Assembly: GCF_036321535.1 (NCBI RefSeq)
Contig: NC_087436.1
Location: forward strand, 86,616,001 to 86,680,000
Length of the DNA: 64,000 nt
Origin: Camelus dromedarius
Lineage: Eukaryota
Direction of reading: 5' to 3'
Below, piece by piece: positions 61,714-64,000 of the stretch. The position numbers were made by a program, and so were the translations under genes. Numbering within the stretch: position 1 is the first letter of the stretch; each line of letters starts with the position of its first letter. The notes under the pieces are model-generated. The model was not told where the DNA came from, did not search any database, and saw only the letters and a program-made list of their open reading frames with translations.

Positions 61714-63049
61714 CAGGCATGGGTAATCATGAGATAATAAATGCATGAAAGTCCTAGGCTTATCTTGCTTTATAATGAAGCATTAAAAATTGATTCTGTG
61801 CATGCACGTATAGTTTTATATGATGTCAACCATCAAATTTACAGAAGTTTGTTTAATTATAATTCATTCGATTTGTTGAAGAGATAATATAGTCACAGGG
61901 CTCAAAAACGGAAAGTATATAAGTATGTATTAAGTCTCTCACCCCAATCTGTCCAGTTCCTTTCTCCACCCCAGTAAACCTCTTTTTCTTCCATAGTTTT
62001 TTTTTATGAAAATGCAAATACTAATACAAATTCTTATTTATCTCCTTTTTTTAAAAAAACAAAAGGTGGTATATTTACCCTTTGCTCTGTAGCTTATCTT
62101 TTGTCAGATGTACTTTTAAGTTTTCTTTAGGTAGAACTATAAGCTATGTTTTGAACCATAGACGTCTTTGAGATTTGATCAAGTGTTATAAATATTTATT
62201 TGCAGTGCTCATACCCACTTAGTCTTCCGGGTCACTGACTAAGCAGGAAGGAGTATTAGTTTTTAGAAAAATATGTCTTGATATGTATTCACTGATAAGC
62301 AGTGCCCTTGACCCACTCTGTCTTGTTGCTTCCAGATAATGCTGCGTGTTGCTTGCCTAGTGTTTCTAGTCTAATGTTGAATCAAAATCACGATTCTTGT
62401 AATCTGCTTTTGAAAAGTTGGTCCAACGGGTATACTGTATAATGTGTGTACTATATTTTATGTAATGAAATTAAAGGATATAGCTACATATTATTTTGAA
62501 GTGCTAAAGTAAGCATGAATTAGGGGAAACCTAGATATTGGTAAGTTTTTAGAGTGGAGTATTTGTGAAATTCATTATTTTTCTTTGAGGATTTCTATAA
62601 TTGAGTACCTGCATACGTTAAACTGGGACCACTTAATTTAAATATGGTTACTTTTTTTTTTAACTTAGAAGAAATTCCTAATTGATGGATGACAAGACTT
62701 TTATGAAATGTTGACTCATTGTATCAGGAATAAATGAGTCACTTGAAAAATTTTGCAGGCAGTTCATTTTGTATGCTTAATATTTCTTCAGTGGTCTCCA
62801 GCCTATTCCTCCTTCCATTTTTTAACTGGTCCCATTTGAAGTGTAAATTTTCTCTGAGTCAGCCTGTGGAATTTGGGATAAGGTAACTCTGCTGAGGGTG
62901 GGGACCAAATGAGTTCTCTGTGTGCGTCTCTCTTTCTAAGACTAAGAACCACTATTACATATCTATGCAATCTTGGGTTTTGTATGTAGGAAATGCCACC
63001 CCACTTGTGAACAAATGTGCCATATTTGTTTTTCTGTCTGTGCCTTCAG

Positions 63050-63227
63050 CCCCTCCATCCTGCGGTCACTTGTCATGAGAAGGTGGTAAGTGTCCGAAAA
63101 GACCCCAGCGAATCACTCGGCATGACGGTTGCAGGGGGAGCGTCCCACAGGGAGTGGGACTTGCCGATCTATGTCATCAGTGTTGAGCCTGGAGGAGTCA
63201 TAAGCAGAGATGGAAGAATAAAAACAG
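63050..63227 (+). CDS. LNX1: LNX1 internal coding exon (178 nt), N-terminal part of PDZ3
   Basis: Acceptor tgccttcag|CCC and donor ACA G|gtaaga. Translates [59 protein letters not shown](G). Confidence 0.97.
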
Positions 63228-64000
63228 GTAAGAAGCCAAGAGACGTAAGATACTGGGCAGCAGAGTGTTAAAAGGAATTAGCACCTTGCTGGGTTAGGTA
63301 ACTGTTTCCACAATTAACAAGAGAATGTGAGGGTATCTGGCTGGGACATCTGTTACCCACTGACCATGATTAGTTTGCGTACAGTAGCTGGACTGGGTTT
63401 CAGCCCTCTTCATGCGCGTGGATGTGGGCCACCTTGCTCGCTGGTAACGTGAGTACCTGCCAACTATGCCAAGAATTAATAGAGAAGTGCTACAGTTATG
63501 AGCAAGTTGCTTCAGTTAAGTGGCATAATTTCATTCCGTTCGTTCTAAGTGAGTCTTTGCTGGATTGATCCAATGATAAAAATGGTCATGAATTGTTCTA
63601 TTTTATGGCTTGGATAAGAGAAACAACTTGATAGAATTTGATTTAATGAATATTTAGTAAGTGAAAGTACCAAGCAGGGTACTTTCCAATTGATGACTAG
63701 TGTTTCACTACTTGAATCTTAGGTGATTTGGGGCTACTTCCAGTGAAGGCAAGTGATGTCCAGTTTGCATCTTTAATAGTATTGTCAGTTCCCATGAAGG
63801 GGCAGTTACGCCCTTTCAGGTTTCAGATTCAAGAGCTAAAATGTGCTGTTTCTGAAGTACAACTGCTTAGCCACTGGGGGATGGCATGTTGAGGAATTCA
63901 GTCAGCCAACCTAACGGTGCTTCTTTTGAGGTCAGGATGATCTCGAGGTCTTTCCCATCTTTCTCCTCCTATCCTTTTACTCTTGCTGCTATGATTATTC

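Noticed and set aside
1..64000. A novel multi-gene biological system
   Set aside because: All credible coding signal is explained by LNX1 exons and decayed transposon ORFs. The rest looks like ordinary mammalian intron.

Overview
Mammalian genomic DNA, most likely a camelid. This is inferred from four tRNA-derived SINEs, three with a TAAATAAA-CCTAATTACCTCCC-type tail, and from the absence of recognisable Alu, Bov-A/BovB, PRE1 or CanSINE copies. The window lies inside LNX1 (ligand of Numb protein X 1, a RING/PDZ E3 ubiquitin ligase) on the + strand. Six consecutive internal coding exons (35878-36119, 36639-36791, 42046-42248, 44536-44907, 56898-57032, 63050-63227; 1283 nt) have canonical AG/GT boundaries and splice into one open frame. 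They encode the Numb-binding LDNPAY motif, PDZ1, PDZ2 and the first part of PDZ3. I did not see the RING exon, the p70 alternative first exon or the 3' exons. Bases 1-35877 are intronic. The introns hold L1 fragments (several with clear target-site duplications), L2, MIR, L3/CR1, an MLT1 LTR, DNA-transposon relics (MER20, MER5, MER81, MER102, Kanga/Tc2) and microsatellites. Nearly all other ORF-track entries are spurious or repeat-derived. I found no convincing previously undescribed biological system. The best leads are two candidate intronic enhancers, a 3'-truncated L1 that keeps a long modular 5' region, splice-site oddities and some palindromic DNA. Repeat subfamily names and human LNX1 comparisons come from recalled sequences and need RepeatMasker/Dfam or alignment confirmation.
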